Of a DNA stretch of 64,000 nucleotides, positions 1-10,237 are shown one piece after another. The position numbers and the translations under genes were made by a program. A model generated the notes under the pieces. That model did not search any database. It had not been told where the DNA came from and was given only the letters and a program-made list of their open reading frames with translations. Source of the DNA: Schmidtea polychroa (Eukaryota); assembly GCA_044892525.1 (NCBI GenBank), contig CM097885.1, positions 33,420,001 to 33,484,000 on the forward strand, read 5' to 3'. Position 1 is the stretch's first letter. The number at the start of each line of letters is the position of its first letter.

Positions 1-1060
1 TACAAATAAAATTTTTTCAATACAAAAATCCGACTACCACTAAAAAAGCATGGAATTTTCACACTATAGCGAGGGGGTCTCGATGGTCCTGGGATTTTCA
101 ATACAAATAAAATTTTTTCAATACAAAAATCCGACTACCACTAAAAAAGCCAAGGATTTATCAGACTATAGTGAGGGGGTCTCGATGGTCCTGAGAACTT
201 CAATACAAAAAGGTGGTCTACACTAAAAAAACGTGGTAAATTTTTTCAATTAAAGTAAATAATGGTTCTAAAAAATTAAATTACAGTAAATAATGGTCCA
301 AATTTTTCAATTAAAGTAAATAATGGTTCTAAAAAATTAAATAACAGTAAATTATGGTCAAAATTTTTCAATTACAGTAAATTATGGTCCTAAAAATTGA
401 ATTACAGTAAATTATGGTTCTATAAATCGAATTAAAGTAAATTATGGGTCTAAAAATTGAATTAAAGTAAATTATAGTCTAAAATTTAAAATTAAAGTAA
501 ATTATGGTCTAAAATTTCAATTAAGTAAATTAAGGTCTAAAATTTTCAATTAAATTAAATTAAGTCTAAAATTTTCAATTAAGTAAATTATGGTATATAT
601 TTTTAAACTTAAGTAAATTAAAGATAAATAAGCAAATTAAGGTCTAAAATTTCGATTAAGTAAATTAAGGTCTAAAATTTTCAATTAAAGTAAATTAAGG
701 TCCAAATTTTGAATTAAAGTTAATTAAGGGTCAAAATTTAAAATTAAAGTAAATTAAGGTTCTAAAAAATTAAATTAAAGTTAATTAAGGTCCAAATTTT
801 TAAATTACGTAATCAATGGTCAAATATTTTAAATAAGTAAATTAAATTAATAATTTTTAAATAAGTAATGTAATAAGCAAATTAAAGTAAGATTTTAAAT
901 TTATTAACAAAATAATAGAAGGTGTTTGAGAATTGAAATTTTTAAATGAAAATTTTTATGAAATAATTTTTCAATGAAAATTTTAAATGAAAACTTTTAT
1001 GAAATATTTTTCAATGACAATTTTAGAAAAAAAAATTTTTGAAATAATTTTAGATGGAAA
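1..1060. repeat. Left inverted arm of the pPolB element, built of tandem sub-repeats
   Basis: Outer units contain GGGTCTC..TGGTCCTGGGATTTTCAATACAAA. They are followed by many ~30-bp units of the form AATTAAAGTAAATTATGGTC-AAAATTT (~245-830) and then A/T-run units. Boundaries are approximate. Confidence 0.8.
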
Positions 1061-2283
1061 TTATGTAAATTAAGGGATACAATTTTAAATTAAAGTAATC
1101 AATGGTCTATATTTTAAACTTCTATATTCGGTAAACAAGGACTAAATTAAGTAAATAAAGGGTTAAATTAAAGAAAATTATGATTATAATTATAATTAGA
1201 TTTAAAGAATAATTACCTTTTCATTTAACACTACAGTGTTAATTCTTACCATTTTAGAATAATATTTTTTATCAAAGTTCTTATCTTGATTTATTTAATT
1301 TTAATTCAATTAATTTGAAAGATTATTTAGATACATTTTGGTGTTTAAGGTATTCATTAGTAATTATTTTTTAGAGTTGATGGATTTTGTGAATTTTTAT
1401 CATTTTCGTGAATTTCATGTGGATTGAATGAATATTAAAAAATTTTAAGTTAGTTCTAAGATAAATTTAATTAATTTCTTGATAATTGGATGCATTTTAA
1501 TTGATTAGTTTTTTAATTTTAAATAAAAATAATTTTTAATGACAGTCAGGTTAATAATCACGTGATAGGATATGACTTTGTAATAATATTTTTTTTCATA
1601 TATTTTCTAAGAATTTCATGTTGACTGATTAAAAGTTTTAATGGTGATAAATTTAATTGATAAATTTAATTAATTTCTTGATAATTTGTTAAATTTTAAA
1701 TAAAAATTAATTTTTTTTTAATGACTGTTAGGTTAATAATTAAGTAATTGGTTTAATTTTAGATGACTTTGTAATGCATTTGACTAAATAATTTTTTCAA
1801 AAATTTTCTAAGAATATTTACACATTGATGAACTTTTTTAAAAAAAAAACATCAGCTAAGAAATCAGTTAACCTTATCAAGAACTTTAAATTTACTTGAT
1901 AATTTACAGAAATAATATACAAAATTTAATTTACAGAAATAATTTACAAAATAATATACAGAAATTTATGATTAAGTTTGCTTTTATGAACAATCAATAT
2001 ATATCATCTCTAGTTAGGTATTTGATAGGTGAAATATTTGTAGTAAATAATAAGTTTATTATGTCTTTGTTACATAACTCGACTTTAGCGTCAAAATGTG
2101 TTTTTAAAATAAATTTTAATTTTAAAATACCGCAATGTAATATATTTTTCCCTACCCTTCCTTGATTTTGATTGGTTAGAATTTGTTTCTATAAACAATA
2201 ATAATCTATAAACAATAATCAATTATTAGTCACATTTAACAAATAGTTAACCTTTAAATATGAATTCTTTAATAGAAAACGTT

Positions 2284-5200
2284 ATGAATGTTCGAGAAAA
2301 AATTCAGGAATTTGGTAAATTTTAATTTATTTATTAATTAATTTATTAATTAATTTAGACATTATTAATGAAGACAATTTAAAATCGAAGATTAAAGGAA
2401 ATTTGAAAAGAAAAAGTAAACATAATTTTTAATTTATTGATTTAATTAATTAATAATTTAGGTAATACGAATAAAGAGAAAAATTATGTCAATGTGTCAA
2501 TAAATCGAAATGAAAATTTACAATGTAAGTATTGATTACTTTTTATAATTTAAAGAAAAAATAATATAATTTTTATTTAAGTAAATGTTAATATTTTTAA
2601 TTGAGTAAATTTTTATTCTTTAGTAAATAAAATTTGTAAAATAATAATAATTTGCAAATTTTTGCGTAAACATTTATTAAAATATTTCATTTAAATTATA
2701 TTTTTTTTTATTAAATTTTTATTTTATAGGTATACTTTATCCAAATTATTGTTCATCGAAAGAACATGATAATAATTGCCATTCTATAATGGAGAATTAT
2801 TACACGAAAAAATATTATAATAAAACTTATTTTATATGTCCCGTATGTAAGACTAGTGACCCTGTAACATATAACGTTTTTTATAATAAACATAAAAATC
2901 ACTTAGATAGGTTTAATTTTAAAAAAGATATTGTTTTTAAAAGACCCTCGACTATAGAAAAAAATAATACAAATAAAAAAATTAAATTAGATACTTCTTC
3001 TTTTGAATCCCAGGCTGGATTGTCTTTTGTTGAATCCCAGGACAGATTGCCTTTTGTTGAATCCCAGGTCGGATTGCCTTTTTTGAATCCAATGATGGAT
3101 TGGTTGTTGAATCCCAGGTCGGATTGCCTTTTTTGAATCCAATGATGGATTGGTTGTTGAATCCCAGGTCGGATTGCCTTTTGTTGAATCCCAGGTCGGA
3201 TTGGTTGTTGAATCCAATGATGGATTATTCACTTCCTTTGATTCTTGGGATGGATTAAATATAATACAAATAGGGGGTAATGTTCCCATAATACAAAAAG
3301 ATCTAAGGGGTACCCATCAAATATTAAGTTTAAATACTAGCGACTTAAATATAAAGGAAATAATATTTCCTGAACAATTAATTATAAAATTACGAGATAT
3401 TATTAACGAATTAGGCTCCGTCAAAATTCAATTCGGAATAACAATCGAATTTGAAAAAGACGGGGAAATAAAGGTTAATAATATCTCCAATTACGCAAAA
3501 CCTTTAACTGCATCATTTTTTGATGAAGGTATTAGGGAACTAAATGAGAAAATAACTAATATTACAGAGTTAGGAAGTAGTTGGATTATAAAAAATATAA
3601 CAGAAATCCACTTCACTATAACAAAAATAAGTAGGTTAAGTAGATTAAGTGGTAGGAGTTTCATTGAAACACCTACTTATCTAAAAAATAAATATTGTTT
3701 AATTAATATAAAAACACCGATGATTCATGTTTTTTATATAGCATTTTAGCTATTTTAAAATATGATGATGTTATTACACAATATAGAAATAGGACATCCA
3801 GTTATAATTCGACTTAGTATATAACCCGTTAGAATTACCCATGAAATTAAAAGACATTAGGAAATTTGAATCTAAAAATCCTGGCTTAATAATTAACGTT
3901 TTTTCTTATGATAATAGCAAACAATTAACAGATAATTACGTTTTAAAACATCCACATTTAGACATTATACATCGTTCCAAAGTTTTAAATGGAACTGTAA
4001 TTAATTTACTACTATTAAATAAAGGAAACAATTTCCATTACGTTGCTATAAGTAATTTAAATAGGTTACTGAATTGTGGTATCAACACTACTTGTCCTAC
4101 ACGCATAAAATCATTATGGTGCCATCGGTGTTTGAATGGGTTTAGGTATAAACACGCACTGGAAAAACATGAAATATTATGTAAACATAATCAATTAGGA
4201 ACAACTCTTTACACTTTCCCTCAAAATAAATTATTGCAGTTTACTGACTGGTCGAAAACAGTAACTCCTCCTTTTGTAGTTTATGCCGATTTTGAGGCTA
4301 TTTTACCTTCTGATAATCTTCATTTCTAACGACACATGCCAATATCTGCTGGTCTTTTACTTGTAAATAACTTTGACGGATCTAAATCTTATCAACAGTT
4401 CATATGTTTAGATTGCGTCGAGAGTTTTCTAAGTGCTATAGAGGATATAGCATTAAATAAGGTTCTTCCTTTTTATTATAAAATGAGTAGGAAACCTATG
4501 ATTAAATTAACGAAAATTGAACAACGTCAATTTGTTAGTGCATCTGTTTGTTATCTTTGTATGAAATCTATAGTCGATCCTGTTAGAGATCACGATCATT
4601 TTACGGGGAAATACTTGGGTGCAGCTTGTAGCACATGTAACATAAATAGGAAAATAAATAAAATTTTGCCTATCGTATTTCACAACTTGAAGGGATACGA
4701 TATGCATCATATACTTAAATACGGATTAAATAAATTTAAAAATTGGACTTTAGGTTGCATCCCAATAACGACTGAAAAATTTATTTCTTTGATTGCTCAT
4801 TTAGGCAAAATTAGCTTAAGATTCATTGATTCTTATCAATTTGTCAATGATTCTTTAGCTAAAGCAGTCAAAACTTTGAATTCTTTGCCTTTTACTAATT
4901 CTGCTTTTTCTGGCACTATAGTTTCTGAAAAAGGAATCTTCCCTTATAATTTCGCTACATCTTTAGATATTCTCCAAACTACTTATGAATTATCACCAAT
5001 TTGGGAGGGTGTCAATGAGCTTGAGTATGAAAAAGCTCAGGAGATTTGGGTAGAAACTAATTGCGTAACTTTATTAGATTATATGATGATCTACCTAAAA
5101 CTTGATTGTTTTCTTTTGGCTGATTTCTTTCATAAGTTTCGGTTGAAATCTATTGCTCACAATAGATTGGAACCATTGAATTATTTCGGAATTCCAGGTA

Positions 5201-6714
5201 TGTCTTGGTCTTCTGCATTAATGTCTTTAAATGAACCAATTGAGCTCATAACTGAAAACGAAATGTTTAGCTTTTATGAGGGTGGAATAAGAGACGGTCT
5301 TACTTTTGTGAATAAGCATTACGTAAAAACCGATGAGAACACCGAGTTACTATATATAGATATTAATAATCTTTATGGTTGGGCTTTAAGTCAATCATTA
5401 CCTTGTGGCGAATTTAGTTGGGTTCTTGATGGATTTGATTTAATAATGGATGAATGTAGGAATTTAAATCTTGAATCTTTGTCTTATGGATACACTCTTG
5501 AAGTTGATCTTGTAATTCCTTCTGAGCTTCATAATAAGTTGGATGATTTCCCTGTAGCTGCTGAAAAAATGAAACCTGCTGGGTCTAAGGTTGAAAAATT
5601 ATTATTAACTCATCTTCCAAAATCTAATTATGAGATTCATTGGAGATTATTAAAATTATATTTGGAACTTGGTGTTAAAGTAACACGTGTAAATAGGGGT
5701 GTAAGATTTAAGCAATCTCCAATTTTTAAAAAATATATAGATACAAATACAGAATTAAGGTCAAAAAGCATAAATAACTTAGATAAAATTTATTATAAAT
5801 TGTTAAATAACAGTTTATACGGCAAAACAGTTGAAAATTTAAAGAGAAGAATGAATCTTCGTCTTTGTACAACTGCCGGTAAATTGGTTAAATATTCTTC
5901 AAAACCGACTTTTAAAAAATCTATTAAAATAGATGATAATTTAATCGCAGCACTATTGAATTCAGATTCTATATGTTTAGATAGACCAAGTTACATTGGT
6001 CAATCTGTACTTGATCTATCTAAACTTAGAATGTATGAATTGCAATATAAGGATCTGGAATCATTTCGCAATGAGTTTAATTGTAAAATTAATATCGTTG
6101 CAGGTGATACAGATTCTTTTTTCCTCGAAGTCATTAACTGTAAACTTGAGGTTCTTTTACCTGCAATGATTCGAGATAATTTATTAGATACTTCCAATTA
6201 CAATAGTTGTCATTCCTTATATAGTAAGAACCTTGATTCTGTCATTGGAAAGTTCAAAGACGAGAATAAAGGTCTTAAATATAAGGAATGGGTTTTTCTT
6301 AGACCTAAATGTTATAGCTTGTTGGGTGATGAAGAAACAAAAAAGGCTAAAGGTGTAACATTGAAAGGTAGTGACATAAAACATCAGTCATACCTGGATT
6401 GTTATAACACTAACCAGATTTTTTCGGTTCCTCAGACTAAAATAACAAGCAAAAATCATCAAATTTTTACAATTAAAAACACAAAAATAGCACTTACTAA
6501 CAAAGATGACAAAAGGGTTTGGGTGGGGAAAAATACTAGTCTTGCATATGGGCATGTAAGATTAAGTGAATTAAATATTGGAGAAATTGTTGGAGAAGAA
6601 TTTGATGAAAATGTTGGAGAAGATGAGGAAGAATTTAATGAAGAAGATTTTGGAGATTATGTTGGAGAAGATGATATCGATATCGATGACGTTATTTTGT
6701 CTGATGAGGACTAA
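2284..6714 (+). pseudogene. polB: Protein-primed family B DNA polymerase (Polinton/adintovirus-type pPolB), disrupted by frameshifts and a stop
   Basis: ORFs 2789-3136, 3150-3749, 3841-4329 and 4336-6714 join into one protein. Motifs: ExoI YADFE, ExoII FHNLKGYD, RFIDS, KGIFPY, ExoIII YLKLD, motif A YIDINNLYG, motif B KLLNNSLYGK, motif C GDTDS. Lesions: frameshifts at ~3083, ~3133, ~3712 and ~3806, and an in-frame TAA at 4327-4329. The start at 2284 depends on predicted splicing. Confidence 0.93.
2998..3225 (+). repeat. Coding minisatellite (24/27-bp units; VESQVGLPF / VESNDGLV) in the pPolB N-terminal region
   Basis: Repeated GTTGAATCCCAGGTCGGATTG and GAATCCAATGATGGATTG units; 3071-3120 and 3121-3170 are identical 50-mers. 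Confidence 0.92.
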
Positions 6715-6722
6715 TTTTATTA

Positions 6723-6728
6723 AATAAA
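6723..6728 (+). terminator. Putative polyadenylation signal of the pPolB gene
   Basis: AATAAA begins 9 nt after the stop codon and is followed by GT-rich sequence (TTGTTATTTGTTTGG). Confidence 0.5.
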
Positions 6729-6844
6729 AGTTTATATCTATACATTTGTTATTTGTTTGGTAAAGTTTTATATTTGTTATGTGTCTAGTTCATTTTTATG
6801 TGTTTAGTTAATTTTTTATGTGTTGTAGTGTATTTGGTTGATAT

Positions 6845-6857
6845 ATTATTATTATTA

Positions 6858-6949
<92 letters not shown>

Positions 6950-6950
6950 T
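6845..6950. repeat. (TAT)n microsatellite
   Basis: Direct inspection; it explains the spurious poly-Y and poly-I ORFs. Confidence 0.97.
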
Positions 6951-8154
6951 CATAAAAATTTTCATTAAAAATTATCTTAAAAATTATTCTATTAAAATTT
7001 CCATTAAAAATTATCATTGAAAAATATTTCATAAAAATTTCCATTAAAAATTACCATTGAAAAATATTTCATTAAAATTTCTATTAAAAATTACTTAAAA
7101 ATTATTCCATAAAAATTTCCATTAAAAATTACCATTGAAAAATATTTCATTAAAATTTCTATTAAAAATTACTTAAAAAATTGTTTCATAAAAATTTCCA
7201 TTAAAAATTACCATTGAAAAATATTTCATTAAAATTTCTATTAAAAATTACTTAAAAAATTATTTCATAAAAATTTTCATTAAAAAATTTCAATTCTCAA
7301 ACACCTACTATTATTTTGTAATTAAATTTAAAAATCTTACTTTAATTTACTTATTTAACTTTAATTTTTTACCATTGATTACTTAATTTTAAAATTTGGA
7401 CCTTAATTAACATAATTAATTTAATTTTTTAGAACCTTAATTTAGTTATTTGGACCATTATTTACTTTAATTTAATTTTTTAGGACCATAATTTACTTTA
7501 TTTTAACTTCTTTAGAACCATTATTTACTTAATTTAAAAATTTGAACCTTAATTTACTTAGTTGAGCCCTTAATTAACTTTAATTTTAAATTTTGAACCA
7601 TTATTTACTTTAATTTAAAAATTTGAACCTTAATTTAGTTATTTGTGCCCATTCATTACTTTAATTCAAAAATCTTAGCCCATAATTTACTTATTTAGAC
7701 CATAATTTACTTTATTTCAAAAAAAATCTAAACCTTTATTTACTTAAATTTCATTTTTTAGACCCATCATTTACTTTATTTTTAAATTTTAGACTCATAA
7801 TTTGCTTTATTTTAAAAATTTACTATGCGTTTTTAATGTAAACCACCTTTTTCTATTGAAATTCTCATGACCAAGAAGATCCCCTCACTATAGTCTGAAA
7901 AATCCATGCTTTTTTATTGAAGACTACCTTTTTCTATTGAAATTCTCAGGACCAAGGAGACCCACCCAAATAATATTTATCCTTGGCTTGTTTATTGAAA
8001 AAAAAAATTTGTATTTAAAATCCCAGAAAACATTGGACATTACGGCAACAATTATGTAATCAAAAAATGTCTACGGGAAAAGTTATGCAATCAAAAGTTT
8101 GCAACATTTTTACCCCCCCCCCCTATTGTTGCCGTAAGCTCCTAACTACCTACT
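6950..8154. repeat. Right inverted arm of the pPolB element
   Basis: Reverse-complement versions of the left-arm sub-repeats (e.g. GACCATAATTTACTTTAATT, GGACCAAGGAGACCC), an ~80-bp tandem unit at ~7020-7290, and the terminal CTAACTACCTACT. Confidence 0.82.
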
Positions 8155-8257
8155 TTTAGCTAAAATATTTTAACATTAACAAAGTGTTATTTTACACATA
8201 TGACAATTGGACCAGAAAATTTTGTCCATTAATTTGAGGATTAATAATATATATATT

Positions 8258-8420
8258 AAAAAGAGAGTTTGAAGACTATAAATCAGTAATATATCGATGT
8301 TTGTTGATCCTCACGAATTTTCGGCACTGCCTTATTCAAGTGAAAAAAGCAGTGCCGAAAATTCGTGAGTATCAACAAACATCGATATATTACTGATTTA
8401 TAATCTTCAAACTCTTTTTT
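8258..8420. repeat. ~160-bp near-perfect palindrome (foldback/MITE-like)
   Basis: AGAGTTTGAAGACTATAAATCAGTAATATATCGATGTTTGTTGAT.CTCACGAATTTTCGGCACTGC is mirrored by GCAGTGCCGAAAATTCGTGAG.ATCAACAAACATCGATATATTACTGATTTATAATCTTCAAACTCT. Confidence 0.9.
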
Positions 8421-8478
8421 GAATTTAATGGATAAAATAATCAATGGTGAAATTGGAAGAAATCAAAGTTCTTATAAT

Positions 8479-8630
<152 letters not shown>

Positions 8631-9227
8631 ATAAAATGAAAATTAATTATAATTATAACATTTCCCAAAGTAGATAGATAAATTTCTAATTGATATGAAA
8701 ATTATTGTCTTTGTATCAAATTTCAACTTCAACTGGTTTTAGCAAAATAATTTTTTAAGTTATTTATTTATTTATTATTTCAACTATTTAATTTTTCATA
8801 AATTTAAATCGAATATTTAGTTAAATTCGATAATTTTAATTTGAATTTGTTTGTAATAAAATTTATGATATTCACCATTGATAGAAAATTGTTAATTTTT
8901 TGATCGAAATATAAAATTTATAAAAATTAATTTATCAGTAAAACTTTTTATTATTTGTTAATATTTTATCTGTTTTCTATTTTCGATGATATTTTAAATA
9001 AATATTAAAAATAAAAATAAAATTTATTTATTTAATTTTATAGAAAAAATAATTTTATTGATAAAATTGTTTGTTATTGGGTGCTGAGCCTGCCCATAAT
9101 TTTCCCGACTTGTGAGTCTGAACCTCTCTTTCGGGATACTTATAAACATTAAATTTATTTAGATTTTGACAAATGATAAGTTTTCTTTCCTTATTTAACC
9201 CACATTTTTCGGAACTGTGGTACAGTT

Positions 9228-9406
9228 TATAGGTAGTTAGTAGCCACCCCCTCCCCACAGCACGACAATCCATTGCATCCCCACCCTTAGAAAAAAGTTT
9301 TTTAATTGCTGCCTAAGGCTACATTATATTTGTAGAAATTCACACTATTGAACTAATTGAATTTTTTGTACTCAAAATCCAGCGCAGGGGCTACAAACTA
9401 CCTATT
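9228..9406. mobile_element. 179-bp miniature element with Polinton-like termini and a 6-bp TSD
   Basis: Left end TATAGGTAGTTAGTAGCC, right end GGCTACAAACTACCTATT; flanked by the direct repeat ACAGTT (9222-9227 and 9407-9412). Confidence 0.78.
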
Positions 9407-9591
9407 ACAGTTAAAGTCGCAAAAATTTGAAAACCCCTCTACGTTATAAATCGATTTTATTTTTACTTTTATAATTAAATATTTACAAAATCTTATGAAA
9501 AGAAATCTTGATATTGAAATTAAAATATGCAAAGAACTGCTTGAAATTATAAATTTTGTCACTAATTTATTTATTAAATTTCAATATGCAG

Positions 9592-10237
9592 GTAAACCTA
9601 TTCAGTGTTGGGTACCCCAACAGTTCACAAAGTCATGGGAAGAATATGCAGAAAACCTTTGCTGGATACAAAGCACTTATAAACTTCTTGACAATGAAGA
9701 TATACCAGAAGATGATTTTGAAATTCATTCTCTAAAATATATAAGTTATTATCAGTGGGTGGCTATTGTTATGGGAGGCCAAGCCATAATGAGTTATCTT
9801 CCTCATTTGATTTGGAGATTATGGTCTAAACGGTTGCCTATTCTTCTAAAGACTGCCCGTGAAGCCTCTATTCCAGATCGGGAAATGAGAACTAAAGCTA
9901 TTCAGTGCATTGTAACAAAGTTAGAAGAAGGCACTGAAGCTCAAATCAGGTATCGACGAGGTGAACCAGGAATATTTACCAGATATGTTTTCTTTTGTTT
10001 CAATCCATCAACTAGATTGACAATTCTATTTCTTTTTGTCAGAACATTATTTATTTTAAATAATATTGGACAGATTTATCTAATGAAAAACTTTATCAAA
10101 ACTAACAACACTTGGTTTGGAATTAAAGTAATTTCCGATCTTTTAAAAGGTTATGAATGGAAAGATTATGGGAACTTTCCTCGAATTACATATTGTACGA
10201 TAAATGTCAGAAAGTTTGGACAAATTAAACAAGCGAG
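9592..10237 (+). CDS. inx: Innexin (gap-junction/hemichannel protein), internal coding exon
   Basis: Translates as GKPIQCWVPQQF..WEEYAENLCW, the innexin signature YYQW, a Pro in TM2 (YLPHLIWR) and FPRITYC. Acceptor ...TGCAG at 9591 (phase 1), donor AG|GTAAAT at 10238 (phase 2). The paralogue number cannot be assigned. Confidence 0.93.

Larger units (their letters stand above)
1..8154 (+). mobile_element. Polinton/Maverick-like element carrying only a protein-primed PolB gene; left terminus lies just upstream of the window
   Basis: The right end reads CTAACTACCTACT (8142-8154; reverse complement AGTAGGTAGTTAG). 1-~1060 is an imperfect inverted copy of ~6950-8020 (e.g. AGGTGTTTGAGAATTGAAATT at ~920 vs AATTTCAATTCTCAAACACCT at ~7286). 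A pPolB gene lies between the arms. Confidence 0.88.

Noticed and set aside
1896..2165. 89-aa ORF upstream of polB as a second element gene
   Set aside because: It has a TTG start, low complexity from short AATTTACAGAAATAAT repeats, and no recognisable motif.
2998..3225. CRISPR-like appearance of the 24/27-bp repeat array
   Set aside because: There are no unique spacers and no cas genes, and the context is eukaryotic; the units are codon-phased coding repeats.
4327..4329. In-frame TAA as evidence of an alternative genetic code or programmed readthrough
   Set aside because: The same gene has several frameshifts and TAA terminates the innexin normally, so a CAA-to-TAA mutation is simpler.
4507..6197. 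Antisense ORFs within polB (4507-4710, 6000-6197) and within the Gypsy and Penelope remnants
   Set aside because: They are short shadow ORFs opposite real coding sequence with no motifs.
6950..7290. Phased A-tract bent DNA
   Set aside because: A-tract spacing is about 12-14 bp rather than the helical repeat of ~10.5 bp.
9495..9591. ATG 9495 as the innexin start (MKRNLD...FQYAG)
   Set aside because: It has no innexin N-terminus or TM1 and reads as AT-rich intron ending in a good CAG acceptor at 9591. The QYAG resemblance is probably coincidental.
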